Shown: piece after piece, positions 36,027 to 44,545 of the stretch
Position numbering within the stretch: position 1 is the stretch's first letter
Layout of the letters: every line of letters starts with the position of its first letter
Sequence record: OL362272.1
From: Escherichia phage 6948
Length of the DNA stretch: 44,545 nt
Reading direction: 5' to 3' (one strand)
Notes under the pieces: model-generated
What the model saw: the letters and a program-made list of their open reading frames with translations, nothing else
What the model was told of the DNA's origin: nothing
The model's database searches: none
Made by a program: the position numbers and the translations under genes

Positions 36027-36748
36027 TGGCTATAGGTTCAGCCGTTATGGCTGGTATGTCTTCTATTGGTAGCATGTTTGCAGGCAGTGGTGCAGCAGCC
36101 GCTGCTGGAGGTGCTGCCGCAGGTGGCGGAGGTTTGCTAGGTTCACTAGGTGGATTCCTAAGTGGCTCTACTGCTGGTTTCTCTAATGCTGGCCTTCTTG
36201 GTGCTGGCCTTCAAGGGTTAGGCTTGATTGGTGATCTATTTGGTGGAAGTGATGAAGCCAAGGCGATGAAGAAAGCACAAGAAGAGCAATGGCGGCAGCA
36301 GCTTATTGCTACACAAGAGGCGTACAAGACAGTGGCAGACGCAGAACGTTCTGCTGCTAAACAATATCATGCAGATGCAATCAGTAATCAGGCTTCACTG
36401 CTACAGCAGCGAGCACAGGTTGCATTACTTGCTGGGGCTACTGGTACTGGTGGTAATTCTGTGTCCTCTATGCTTAATGACTTAGCAGCAGATGGCGGCA
36501 GGAACCAGAGTACTATCATTGATAACTATGAGAATCAGAAGATTAATTTCACCAACCAGCTTAAGTCTATCCAACGTGGTGGTCAGATGCAGATGCGTGA
36601 GTTTAAGAAGCCTTCTGCTATGAATACCTTGGTTAAAGGTATTCCAAGTCTGGCATCTGCCTATGTAACTGGTAGTAAGTCTGGCAAGGCATTGGGTAAA
36701 GCCTTAACTGATTCTCGCACATATTCATCTGGAACAAGAGGTATTTAA
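36026..36748 (+). CDS. internal virion protein A (Gly/Ala-rich)
   Basis: 240 aa, RBS AAAGGAGGG; Gly/Ala-rich N-terminus; first of three ejection-protein genes. Confidence 0.6.
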   Translation: MAIGSAVMAGMSSIGSMFAGSGAAAAAGGAAAGGGGLLGSLGGFLSGSTAGFSNAGLLGAGLQGLGLIGDLFGGSDEAKAMKKAQEEQWRQQLIATQEAYKTVADAERSAAKQYHADAISNQASLLQQRAQVALLAGATGTGGNSVSSMLNDLAADGGRNQSTIIDNYENQKINFTNQLKSIQRGGQMQMREFKKPSAMNTLVKGIPSLASAYVTGSKSGKALGKALTDSRTYSSGTRGI

Positions 36749-39696
36749 TGGCAATTGAGCGACAAGCAGTACAAGGTCTGCCACAAGTGCAGGCCACTTC
36801 TCCTAATGTCATGACCTTTGCACCTCAACAAGTGGGAGGTGTGGAGGCTGGCGTGGCTTCTACCTCCGGTAGTAGGTTTATCGAAGACCTTATTCGTGCA
36901 GCAAGCAGCGTGGCTGATGTTACCACTGGTATCCTTAATCAGAAGATTGAGGAAGATAAGGTTGTTCAAATGGAACGGGCATATAACGGATTAATGCCTT
37001 CTGAGGATGCAACTCGTGGTGGCGCTCGTGCTAACATGCTTGTCAAAGCTCAACTGCTAGCTAATGATGAAGCAGCACGAATGAAAGACATGGCTACTCG
37101 TTTCCAAGGGACGGATGACGAGTGGACACAACTTATGGTTGACTCTCGTAATGAGATGCAGAATAAGCTGTTCCAGCAATACCCTGAGTTGCAAGGTGAC
37201 AAAGATACTATGCGTATGGTCACTAATGTCTTCCAAGAACAGCAGCCTCAGATTTGGGCTACACGAACCCAGCATAAACTTGACCGTGAACAAGCAGACC
37301 GTGAGGATACCTTTGACGGGCGAGTGGCTTCTACTTGGGATTCTAATATTGACCCTGAAGCCTCTGGCTATGCTTTACAGGAACGAATCCGCGAAGGTCT
37401 TACTCAAGGATTACTACCTGAACAGATGCACAAGAAGTTAGTCCAGCGAGCAATTTCACTTGCACAAGGCGGTGATGTTAGCATGGCTGAAGCCCTGAAG
37501 TATGTGAAGGACGATAAGGGTGTTTCTGTTTATGCTAAGAATCCACAGCTTATCACAGCCATCACTAGTGGTAATGCAGTTTGGGCTAGGAATAATGTAG
37601 CTGATGTAACTCGTATGTCTTTCGAAGTTAAAGAATCCTACCTTGCAGGTGATTTAACTGATGAAGAATTGTTGGAACGAGCACAGCACATTAATAATCT
37701 GACAGGTAACTCTGTCTTCTCTAATCCAGAGCTAGAGGCACTGATGCGCCAACGGGCTAAGCAGAATGCAGAGCTAGGTGCAATGCAGGATATGCGACGT
37801 GAGCTTTACTCCGACCGCCTGACTGGCTTCCAAGGTAAGACTGATAAAGAGAAGAAGGCTTACATTGATGTTATCAAACAGGATAGCCAACTTTATGCAG
37901 ACCAGCAAATCAAACAACGTGGCTTGGACCCTTACAGTCAAGAGGCTGAAGCTATTCGTGGTGCAGTGGAAGTGCAGCGCCTGCAATTCATGAACTCCAA
38001 AGGCTTAGTGGATGATACCTTTGAGTCTCGTATCAAAGCCATGGAATCTATGCTATCGCCTGAGCACTTTGCCAAGGGCGAACCACAGGAGTTGATGACT
38101 ATTCGCCAGTTGTGGGAACAGTTGCCAGAAGAGAGCCGAGGTGTCTTTGGTGACACGGTGAATGGCTACATGGATAACTACAACACTGCACTACAAATGG
38201 GAGAGACACCTTTGCAGGCTGCAAGGTTTGCGCGTGAAGCACAGCAGAAATTCTCTCGTACTGAGAAGGAAACCAAGAAGTTCAACTCAGCTATTGGAGA
38301 TGCACTGGATGAGGTATCTGGTGCTGGCTGGTTTGATGGTAAAACCGAAGTGTCAGACTTAGGTAAAGCTATTGCGGAAGAAGAGTTACGAGCTAAGGCC
38401 AATATGTTGTGGTCTAGTGGTATGCGTAACATGGATTCTATCAAGAAGGCTTTAATTACTTGGGGCAATAAACGCTACACTCAAACAGAGGATGCAAAGA
38501 CTTCCGGTGGCTATTTCATTAAAGGTGATTACACTTCTGCATCTGATATGCTTATGTCAGTTGGGAAAGGCGTAAACCCTACTGATGTACCTCTGGCGCT
38601 TGGTAGGTATGTAGAAACACAGATGCCAGAATTGAAGAAGGAGCTTCAAGAGTGGGAAACTAAAGATGATATATACATTGATTACAATGAACAGAAAGGT
38701 ACTTTCGTGATTCGTGCTGGTGCAGCAGGTCGCCCTCTTTCTGGAGTAATCCCTGTAACCTCTTTAGATACCACTTCACTACTAGATTCTGCCTATCAGA
38801 AGAAAGTAGAGGAACGAGATAAAGGCGAGTATGTTCACCCTTATCGTACAGATATTGGTGCACAAGAGCCTATGCCAGCTAAACCAACTGCCAAAGATAT
38901 TGGTAAATTTGGACTAGCTAACTTCCTCATGTCTTCTGCTTTTGCTTCTGGTGAGAATCTGCCTTCTAACTTCGAGATTAACTATCGAGGTAATATGCAA
39001 CAATTCTATGACAAGCTAGCTATGGATGAGAATAAAGATAAAGTTGGCTTTAATAAGGCAACTGGAACCTTTACTCCATATAAAGATGCCCACGGTGAGT
39101 CTATCGGTTACGGTCATTTCTTAACGGAAGAAGAGAAGCGAAACGGGTATATTAAGATTGGTGATGAACTAGTTCCCTATCGAGGGTCTATGTCTCAGCT
39201 TACAGAGAGCAAGGCTCGCGCTCTTATGGAGCAAGATGCCAAGAAGCATGTGCCTCCTACTCGTGACTGGAAGATTCCGTTTGACCAGATGCATCCTGCA
39301 CAGCAACGTGGCTTGATGGATTTAACCTACAATTTAGGTAAAGGTGGAATCCAGAACTCACCGCGTGCTCTTGCTGCATTCAAAGCTGGTAAGCTTACGG
39401 AAGGCTTTATCGAAATGCTGGGCACTGCATCAAGTGAAGGTAAGCGTATTCCTGGCCTACTGAAGCGACGCGCTGAGGCATACAATATGGCATCTGCTGG
39501 TGGTGTGCCTAAGATTACCGAAGTGGAGACTCGTGAAGATGGCTCCATGTGGGTTAGGTTTGGTGGACCTATGCCAGCAGGTTCTGTCTCGGCATGGACT
39601 CATAAACGTATTGGCGCGGATGGTTGGTATCAGGTTTATGAGGCTGCACCTACCAAGTTAGCTAAAGGTTCTAAGGTAGGTAAATTTAAGTTGTAG
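36748..39696 (+). CDS. internal virion protein B with lysozyme-like (T4-lysozyme-type) domain
   Basis: 982 aa; C-terminal region contains GYGHFLTEEEK...LMDLTYNLG resembling T4 lysozyme GIGHLLT...AINMVFQMG. Confidence 0.75.
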   Translation: MAIERQAVQGLPQVQATSPNVMTFAPQQVGGVEAGVASTSGSRFIEDLIRAASSVADVTTGILNQKIEEDKVVQMERAYNGLMPSEDATRGGARANMLVKAQLLANDEAARMKDMATRFQGTDDEWTQLMVDSRNEMQNKLFQQYPELQGDKDTMRMVTNVFQEQQPQIWATRTQHKLDREQADREDTFDGRVASTWDSNIDPEASGYALQERIREGLTQGLLPEQMHKKLVQRAISLAQGGDVSMAEALKYVKDDKGVSVYAKNPQLITAITSGNAVWARNNVADVTRMSFEVKESYLAGDLTDEELLERAQHINNLTGNSVFSNPELEALMRQRAKQNAELGAMQDMRRELYSDRLTGFQGKTDKEKKAYIDVIKQDSQLYADQQIKQRGLDPYSQEAEAIRGAVEVQRLQFMNSKGLVDDTFESRIKAMESMLSPEHFAKGEPQELMTIRQLWEQLPEESRGVFGDTVNGYMDNYNTALQMGETPLQAARFAREAQQKFSRTEKETKKFNSAIGDALDEVSGAGWFDGKTEVSDLGKAIAEEELRAKANMLWSSGMRNMDSIKKALITWGNKRYTQTEDAKTSGGYFIKGDYTSASDMLMSVGKGVNPTDVPLALGRYVETQMPELKKELQEWETKDDIYIDYNEQKGTFVIRAGAAGRPLSGVIPVTSLDTTSLLDSAYQKKVEERDKGEYVHPYRTDIGAQEPMPAKPTAKDIGKFGLANFLMSSAFASGENLPSNFEINYRGNMQQFYDKLAMDENKDKVGFNKATGTFTPYKDAHGESIGYGHFLTEEEKRNGYIKIGDELVPYRGSMSQLTESKARALMEQDAKKHVPPTRDWKIPFDQMHPAQQRGLMDLTYNLGKGGIQNSPRALAAFKAGKLTEGFIEMLGTASSEGKRIPGLLKRRAEAYNMASAGGVPKITEVETREDGSMWVRFGGPMPAGSVSAWTHKRIGADGWYQVYEAAPTKLAKGSKVGKFKL

Positions 39697-39712
39697 TATC
39701 TAACTCAAGGCT

Positions 39713-39730
39713 TGTCTCACATGTGAGACA
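39713..39730. repeat. conserved palindrome family, TGTCTCACATGTGAGACA (copy 6)
   Basis: Between internal virion proteins B and D; extended stem GGCTTG.../...CAGGTC, then TCTTTAT. Confidence 0.75.
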
Positions 39731-39760
39731 GGTCTTTATGATAGGCACTATGGAGGAATT

Positions 39761-42700
39761 ATGGAACAAGACATTAAGACTAATTGGGCTGGATATGTCC
39801 AGTCTACTCCTGAGCCGTTTTCTATTGAGGCGGCTCCGGTATCGGCTCCTACGATACGCCAGCGTAATGAGTTACAAGAGCAAGTTCTTGAAGCTAAAGC
39901 TGATGCTGATATCTTAGGTGCTGTAGGTGCTGCCTTCCAGAATGAGTGGTTGGCATTCGGAGGCAAGCGGTGGTATGACCGTGCCACTGCTGATTTCACA
40001 CCTCAACCAGACTTCGAGATACAACCTGAGCAACGTGAAGCACTACGTTTCAAATATGGTACAGATATGATGCAGACAATCACTGAGGGTGTTCGTTCTG
40101 AGGATGAATTGAACTTCCGTATTCAGAATGCTGATGAAGACCTTGAGCGCAATAAGCGCATTGCTCAGGCTGGCTGGGTTGGCTCTGTGGCGACGATTGG
40201 CGCTGCTGTGCTTGACCCTGTGGGATGGGTTGCCTCTATTCCAACCGGTGGTGCCGCTAAAGTTGGACTCGTAGGCCGTGCTGTGCGTGGCGCTATCGCC
40301 GCTGGCGTAAGTAATGCCGCTATTGAATCCGTATTGGTCCAAGGTGACATGACTCGTGATTTAGATGACATTATGGTAGCACTAGGCTCCGGTATGGCTA
40401 TGGGTGGCGTTATTGGAGCTGTAGCGCGTGGTCGGGCCACTAAGCTCAGTGAGCAAGGAGATGACAGGGCTGCGAGCATTGTGCGCAGTGCAGACGCAGG
40501 GGACCGCTATGTGCGTGCTGTTGCTGATGACAGTATCGGTGCGATGCGTGTTAAGGGCGAAGAGGTACTCACTGAGGGCGCATTTGATATATCTAGTAAA
40601 GGCGAAGACTTGCTGAAAACATTGCAGAGGGAGGGAAACTCTATTGATATGACCCCTCGCCGCTGGGCCGGAACCATGTCTGCCCTTGGGACTGTCGTGC
40701 ACTCCTCTCATGATGCTAGTGTTCGTGGCCTCGGTGCTCGCCTGTTTGAGTCTCCGCAAGGTTTAGGTATGCAAAAGGCATCTGCCAGTCTTATGCAGAA
40801 TACCAACTTGAATCGACTGAAGTCTGCTGATATGAACCGTTTCAATGACGGGTTTGACTTATGGCTCAAAGAAAATAATATCAATCCAGTTGCAGGCCAT
40901 ACTAACTCTCACTATGTGCAGCAATATAATGAGAAGGTATGGGAAGCTGTACGCATCGGTATGGATGAGTCTACGCCTAAGTCTATCCGTATGGCAGCAG
41001 AGGGGCAGCAAGCTATGTACCGAGAAGCCTTAGCTTTAAGGAAGCGCTCCGGTGAAGCTGGCTTTGAAAACATTAAAGCAGATAGTAAGTATATGCCTGA
41101 TATCTTTGACACTATGAAAGCTCGCCGTCAATTTGATAGGATAGGAAAGGATATAGATAAAGAAGATATCATTGAGTTATTCTCTCGTGCTTATCAGAAC
41201 GGCGCTCGTAAAATTCCAAAAGAAGTAGCGGATGAAATTGCACGAGCACAAGTAAACCGTGTTGTGGATGCCACTCTGACAGGACGTATGAGTTTCGAAA
41301 AGGCTATGTCTGGTCAGACTAAAGCCGAGTATGAAGCAATAATGCGCAAGGCAGGCTTCAGTGATGAAGAAATTGAAAAGATGGTAGAAGCTCTGGATAA
41401 CAAAGAAACCAGAGATAACATCTCTAACCGAGCTAAAATGAGTTTAGGACTAGATGTTACTCAAGAATACAATGGTATTCGTATGCGTGACTTCATGAAT
41501 ACCAACGTGGAAGAGCTAACAGATAACTATATGAAGGAGGCAGCAGGTGGCGCTGCATTGGCCCGTCAAGGATTCTCTACCTATCAGGCTGCACTTAATG
41601 CAATTGACCTTGTAGAGCGAAATGCACGAAACGCGGCTAAGGATAGCAAGGCTAGCTTAGCACTAGATGAAGAGATTCGTCAAATGCGAGAAGGGCTTCG
41701 CTTGATTATGGGTAAATCTATCGATGTAGACCCACAGGCTTTGTCTACTAAAATGCTGCGACGTGGTCGTGACATTACAGGTGTGCTTCGCTTAGGTCAG
41801 ATGGGCTTCGCACAGCTAGGCGAACTTGCTAACTTCATGGGTGAGTTTGGTATTGCTGCAACCACTATAGCTTTAGGTAAGCAATTCCGCTTTACATCTA
41901 AGGCTTTGCGGAGCGGTGATGGCTTCTTTCGAGATAAGAACTTGGCAGAAGTAGAGAGAATGGTAGGTTACATTGGTGAGGATAACTGGCTAACAACCAA
42001 GGGTGCACGTCCAGATGAGTTTGGTGATGTAACCACAGTAAAAGGAATGATGGCTCACTTTGACCAATCCATGAACTCAATACGTCGTGCTCAGACCAAC
42101 CTATCACTTTTCCGCATGGCACAGGGTTCTCTGGAGCGAATGACCAATAGGCAAATAGCTTTGTCTTTCATTGACCACCTTGAAGGCAAGAAGATTATTC
42201 CTCAGAAGAAACTGGAGGAACTTGGTCTTACTCAGGAGTTCATGACTAATCTACAGAAGCACTATGATGCTAACTCTAAAGGTTCTGGCTTGCTTGGCTT
42301 TGATACAATGCCTTATGCCATGGGTGAAACTTTAGCTAATGCTATTCGTCGTAAGTCAGGTCTAATTATCCAACGTAACTTCATCGGTGATGAAGGTATC
42401 TGGATGAACAAAGCACTAGGTAAGACATTTGCACAGCTTAAGTCATTCTCTCTTGTATCTGGTGAGAAGCAATTTGGTCGAGGGATTCGCCACGATAAAA
42501 TTGGTCTTGCTAAGAAGACAGCTTACGGGTTTGCTTTGGGTTCAATAGTGTATGCGGCAAAAGCCTATGTGAACTCTATTGGGCGAGAAGACCAAGATGA
42601 ATATTTGGAAGAGAAGTTATCTCCTAAAGGGTTGGCCTTTGGTGCAATGGGTATGATGAGTACAACTGCTGTATTTAGTCTAGGTGGAGATTTCTTAGGT

Positions 42701-42958
42701 GGCCTAGGTGTTCTACCTTCTGAGTTAGTACAATCCCGTTATGAGGCTGGCTTTCAGACTAAGGGTTTGATAGACCAAATACCACTAGTAGGTGTTGGTC
42801 AAGATGCATATCGTTTAGCAGATTCTATAACTAAATATGCAGAGGGTGATACAGAAGGTGTAGATGTGGCACGTAGGGCTTTACGCTTAGTGCCTCTAAC
42901 TAATGTAATAGGAATCCAGAACGCATTGCGTTATGGCTTAGATGAACTGGAGGATTGA
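39761..42958 (+). CDS. internal virion protein D (large ejection/core protein)
   Basis: 1065 aa; largest structural gene, positioned as T7 gp16. Confidence 0.7.
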   Translation: MEQDIKTNWAGYVQSTPEPFSIEAAPVSAPTIRQRNELQEQVLEAKADADILGAVGAAFQNEWLAFGGKRWYDRATADFTPQPDFEIQPEQREALRFKYGTDMMQTITEGVRSEDELNFRIQNADEDLERNKRIAQAGWVGSVATIGAAVLDPVGWVASIPTGGAAKVGLVGRAVRGAIAAGVSNAAIESVLVQGDMTRDLDDIMVALGSGMAMGGVIGAVARGRATKLSEQGDDRAASIVRSADAGDRYVRAVADDSIGAMRVKGEEVLTEGAFDISSKGEDLLKTLQREGNSIDMTPRRWAGTMSALGTVVHSSHDASVRGLGARLFESPQGLGMQKASASLMQNTNLNRLKSADMNRFNDGFDLWLKENNINPVAGHTNSHYVQQYNEKVWEAVRIGMDESTPKSIRMAAEGQQAMYREALALRKRSGEAGFENIKADSKYMPDIFDTMKARRQFDRIGKDIDKEDIIELFSRAYQNGARKIPKEVADEIARAQVNRVVDATLTGRMSFEKAMSGQTKAEYEAIMRKAGFSDEEIEKMVEALDNKETRDNISNRAKMSLGLDVTQEYNGIRMRDFMNTNVEELTDNYMKEAAGGAALARQGFSTYQAALNAIDLVERNARNAAKDSKASLALDEEIRQMREGLRLIMGKSIDVDPQALSTKMLRRGRDITGVLRLGQMGFAQLGELANFMGEFGIAATTIALGKQFRFTSKALRSGDGFFRDKNLAEVERMVGYIGEDNWLTTKGARPDEFGDVTTVKGMMAHFDQSMNSIRRAQTNLSLFRMAQGSLERMTNRQIALSFIDHLEGKKIIPQKKLEELGLTQEFMTNLQKHYDANSKGSGLLGFDTMPYAMGETLANAIRRKSGLIIQRNFIGDEGIWMNKALGKTFAQLKSFSLVSGEKQFGRGIRHDKIGLAKKTAYGFALGSIVYAAKAYVNSIGREDQDEYLEEKLSPKGLAFGAMGMMSTTAVFSLGGDFLGGLGVLPSELVQSRYEAGFQTKGLIDQIPLVGVGQDAYRLADSITKYAEGDTEGVDVARRALRLVPLTNVIGIQNALRYGLDELED

Positions 42959-43920
42959 TGAGTTATACTTTCACAGAACATATAGCCAACGGTACGCAAG
43001 TAACCTATCCCTTTAGATTTGCTGGCAGGGATAAAGGCTATCTTCGTGCCTCAGATGTGATAGTGGAATCTCTTCAAGGTAACACTTGGATTGAGGTTAC
43101 ATCTGGCTGGCAACTAACTGGCACGCACCAGATTACTTTTGATGTAGCACCAGTTGCAGGTTTGAAGTTCCGTATTCGAAGGGAAGTACAAAAGGAGTAT
43201 CCATACGCTGAGTTTGACCGTGGTGTTACCTTGGATATGAAGTCTTTAAATGGTTCTTTCATTCATATACTGGAGATTACACAGGAGTTACTTGACGGGT
43301 TTTATCCAGAAGGATACTTCATTAAACAGAATGTAAGCTGGGGCGGCAATAAGATTACTGATTTGGCTGATGGCACAAATCCGGGAGATGCAGTAAATAA
43401 AGGGCAGCTTGATGCCATCGACAAGAAGCATACAGATTGGAACGCCAAACAGGACATTGAGATTGCTGGCCTTAAGGCTGGTATGACTTCTGGTATTGCG
43501 CACAGAACTGTTCCTTGGTACACGATAGCCAAAGGTGGTGAGATTTCCGTAAAACCACCTTATGAATTTCAAGATGCACTAGTTTTCCTTAATGGGGTGT
43601 TGCAGCACCAAATTGTAGGCGCATACTCTATAAGCAACAACACTATCACTTTCGCAGAGCCGCTTGTGGCTGGTACAGAGGTGTATGTGCTGATTGGTAG
43701 TCGTGTGGCTACATCTGAACCTAATATTCAGTTAGAGTTGAACTTTGACTTAGTAGAAGGCCAACAAGTAGTACAGATTGGCTCTGCATTTAAGTACATT
43801 GAGGTCTACCTTGATGGATTATTACAACCTAAACTTGCTTATCAGGTAGACGGTGACATTGTTACTTTCTCAGAGGGAGTGCCAGAATGCCGGATGACTG
43901 CTAAGATTATCACAGCATAA
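42958..43920 (+). CDS. tail-fibre adaptor protein (T7 gp17 N-terminal-domain-like)
   Basis: 320 aa; short tail-fibre-like protein lacking a receptor-binding distal domain, consistent with an adaptor that docks separate tailspikes. Confidence 0.65.
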   Translation: MSYTFTEHIANGTQVTYPFRFAGRDKGYLRASDVIVESLQGNTWIEVTSGWQLTGTHQITFDVAPVAGLKFRIRREVQKEYPYAEFDRGVTLDMKSLNGSFIHILEITQELLDGFYPEGYFIKQNVSWGGNKITDLADGTNPGDAVNKGQLDAIDKKHTDWNAKQDIEIAGLKAGMTSGIAHRTVPWYTIAKGGEISVKPPYEFQDALVFLNGVLQHQIVGAYSISNNTITFAEPLVAGTEVYVLIGSRVATSEPNIQLELNFDLVEGQQVVQIGSAFKYIEVYLDGLLQPKLAYQVDGDIVTFSEGVPECRMTAKIITA

Positions 43921-43929
43921 GGAGGTAGG

Positions 43930-44154
43930 ATGATTAACTCCGAACTGGTAGATAGTGGTGTGAAGCTTGCGCCACCTGCACTCGTATCAGGTGGGTACTT
44001 CCTCGGTATCAGTTGGGATAACTGGCTCGTAATTATGACCCTTATTTACACAGTAATGCAAATGGGTTGGTTTATTTATGAGAAAGTCCAGACTATAAAG
44101 AAGAGGAGAAAAGCTAAATGTACTCAGAAGTTGAAAGAGCAGGGTACATCATAA
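43930..44154 (+). CDS. holin (gp17.5-like)
   Basis: 74 aa, RBS AAGGAGG; one TM helix (WLVIMTLIYTVMQMGWFIY) and basic C-terminus KKRRKAK; position after the fibre adaptor. Confidence 0.6.
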   Translation: MINSELVDSGVKLAPPALVSGGYFLGISWDNWLVIMTLIYTVMQMGWFIYEKVQTIKKRRKAKCTQKLKEQGTS

Positions 44155-44545
44155 GAGAAGATGGTGTTATCTTGAGCAAGAAGGGACAACCGATGGTTGG
44201 TGCTATTCGTGAAAGAGGATACCGCACAGTAACATTAAGGATAGATAATAAATCCAAGACTTATAAAGTACACAGGTTGATTGCATGGAAGCATGTGCCG
44301 AACCCTCATAACTATAAGGTTGTTAACCATAAAGACCGCAACCCATCTAATTGCCATAAAGATAACCTAGAGTGGTGCACTCAACAGGAAAACACTATAC
44401 ATGCACACTATGGTTGTCTTGACATACAAGATAAAATAGATGAAGCCAAAGCATTAAGAAGCCAAGGCTGGTCTTATCCTAAAATCGGTAAATACTTTGG
44501 GTTAGACCATAAGACTGTTTGGTATTGGATTAATGGGAGAAGAAC
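44118..44545 (+). CDS. HNH homing endonuclease (3' end outside the window)
   Basis: ATG 44118, open to window end; HRLIAW...VNHKDRNPSNCHKDNLEWCTQQENTIH is an HNH-type motif; start overlaps the holin 3' end in another frame. Confidence 0.7.
   Translation, partial: MYSEVERAGYIIREDGVILSKKGQPMVGAIRERGYRTVTLRIDNKSKTYKVHRLIAWKHVPNPHNYKVVNHKDRNPSNCHKDNLEWCTQQENTIHAHYGCLDIQDKIDEAKALRSQGWSYPKIGKYFGLDHKTVWYWINGRR

Noticed and set aside
1-44545. Integrase, repressor or other lysogeny module, and tRNA genes
   Set aside because: No tyrosine/serine recombinase-like or repressor-like ORF and no tRNA-like cloverleaf region was recognised; gene content is that of a strictly lytic T7-supergroup phage. A tRNA scan could not be run, so absence of tRNAs is by eye only.

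Overview
The window reads as a near-complete, circularly permuted genome of a virulent T7-supergroup podophage with SP6/K1-5-like organisation; every gene I can support is on the + strand. The order is: terminase small subunit (3' part) and large subunit, a tandem pair of paralogous small genes, M15 endolysin, spanin-like genes, two beta-helix tailspikes, a non-coding terminus region with repeat arrays (~8.0-8.8 kb), an early region (Ocr-like gene 0.3, single-subunit RNA polymerase, gp1.1-like), a replication module (primase/helicase, family A DNA polymerase, SSB-like, exonuclease, endonuclease VII, nucleotide kinase, ligase), then portal, scaffold, capsid, tail tube A/B, three internal virion proteins, tail-fibre adaptor, holin and a 3'-truncated HNH endonuclease. 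Twelve copies of a phage-RNAP promoter (consensus ATTTACYGGACACTATAGAAG) and several stem-loop terminators are visible. Nothing here clearly constitutes a new multi-gene system; the best candidates for follow-up are a 185-aa CCA-adding-enzyme-like nucleotidyltransferase, a GNAT acetyltransferase, a family of conserved 16-18 bp palindromes, and a strongly expressed 123-aa acidic protein. All calls rest on reading the translations and DNA by eye and on recalled family motifs; no database search or structure prediction was run.
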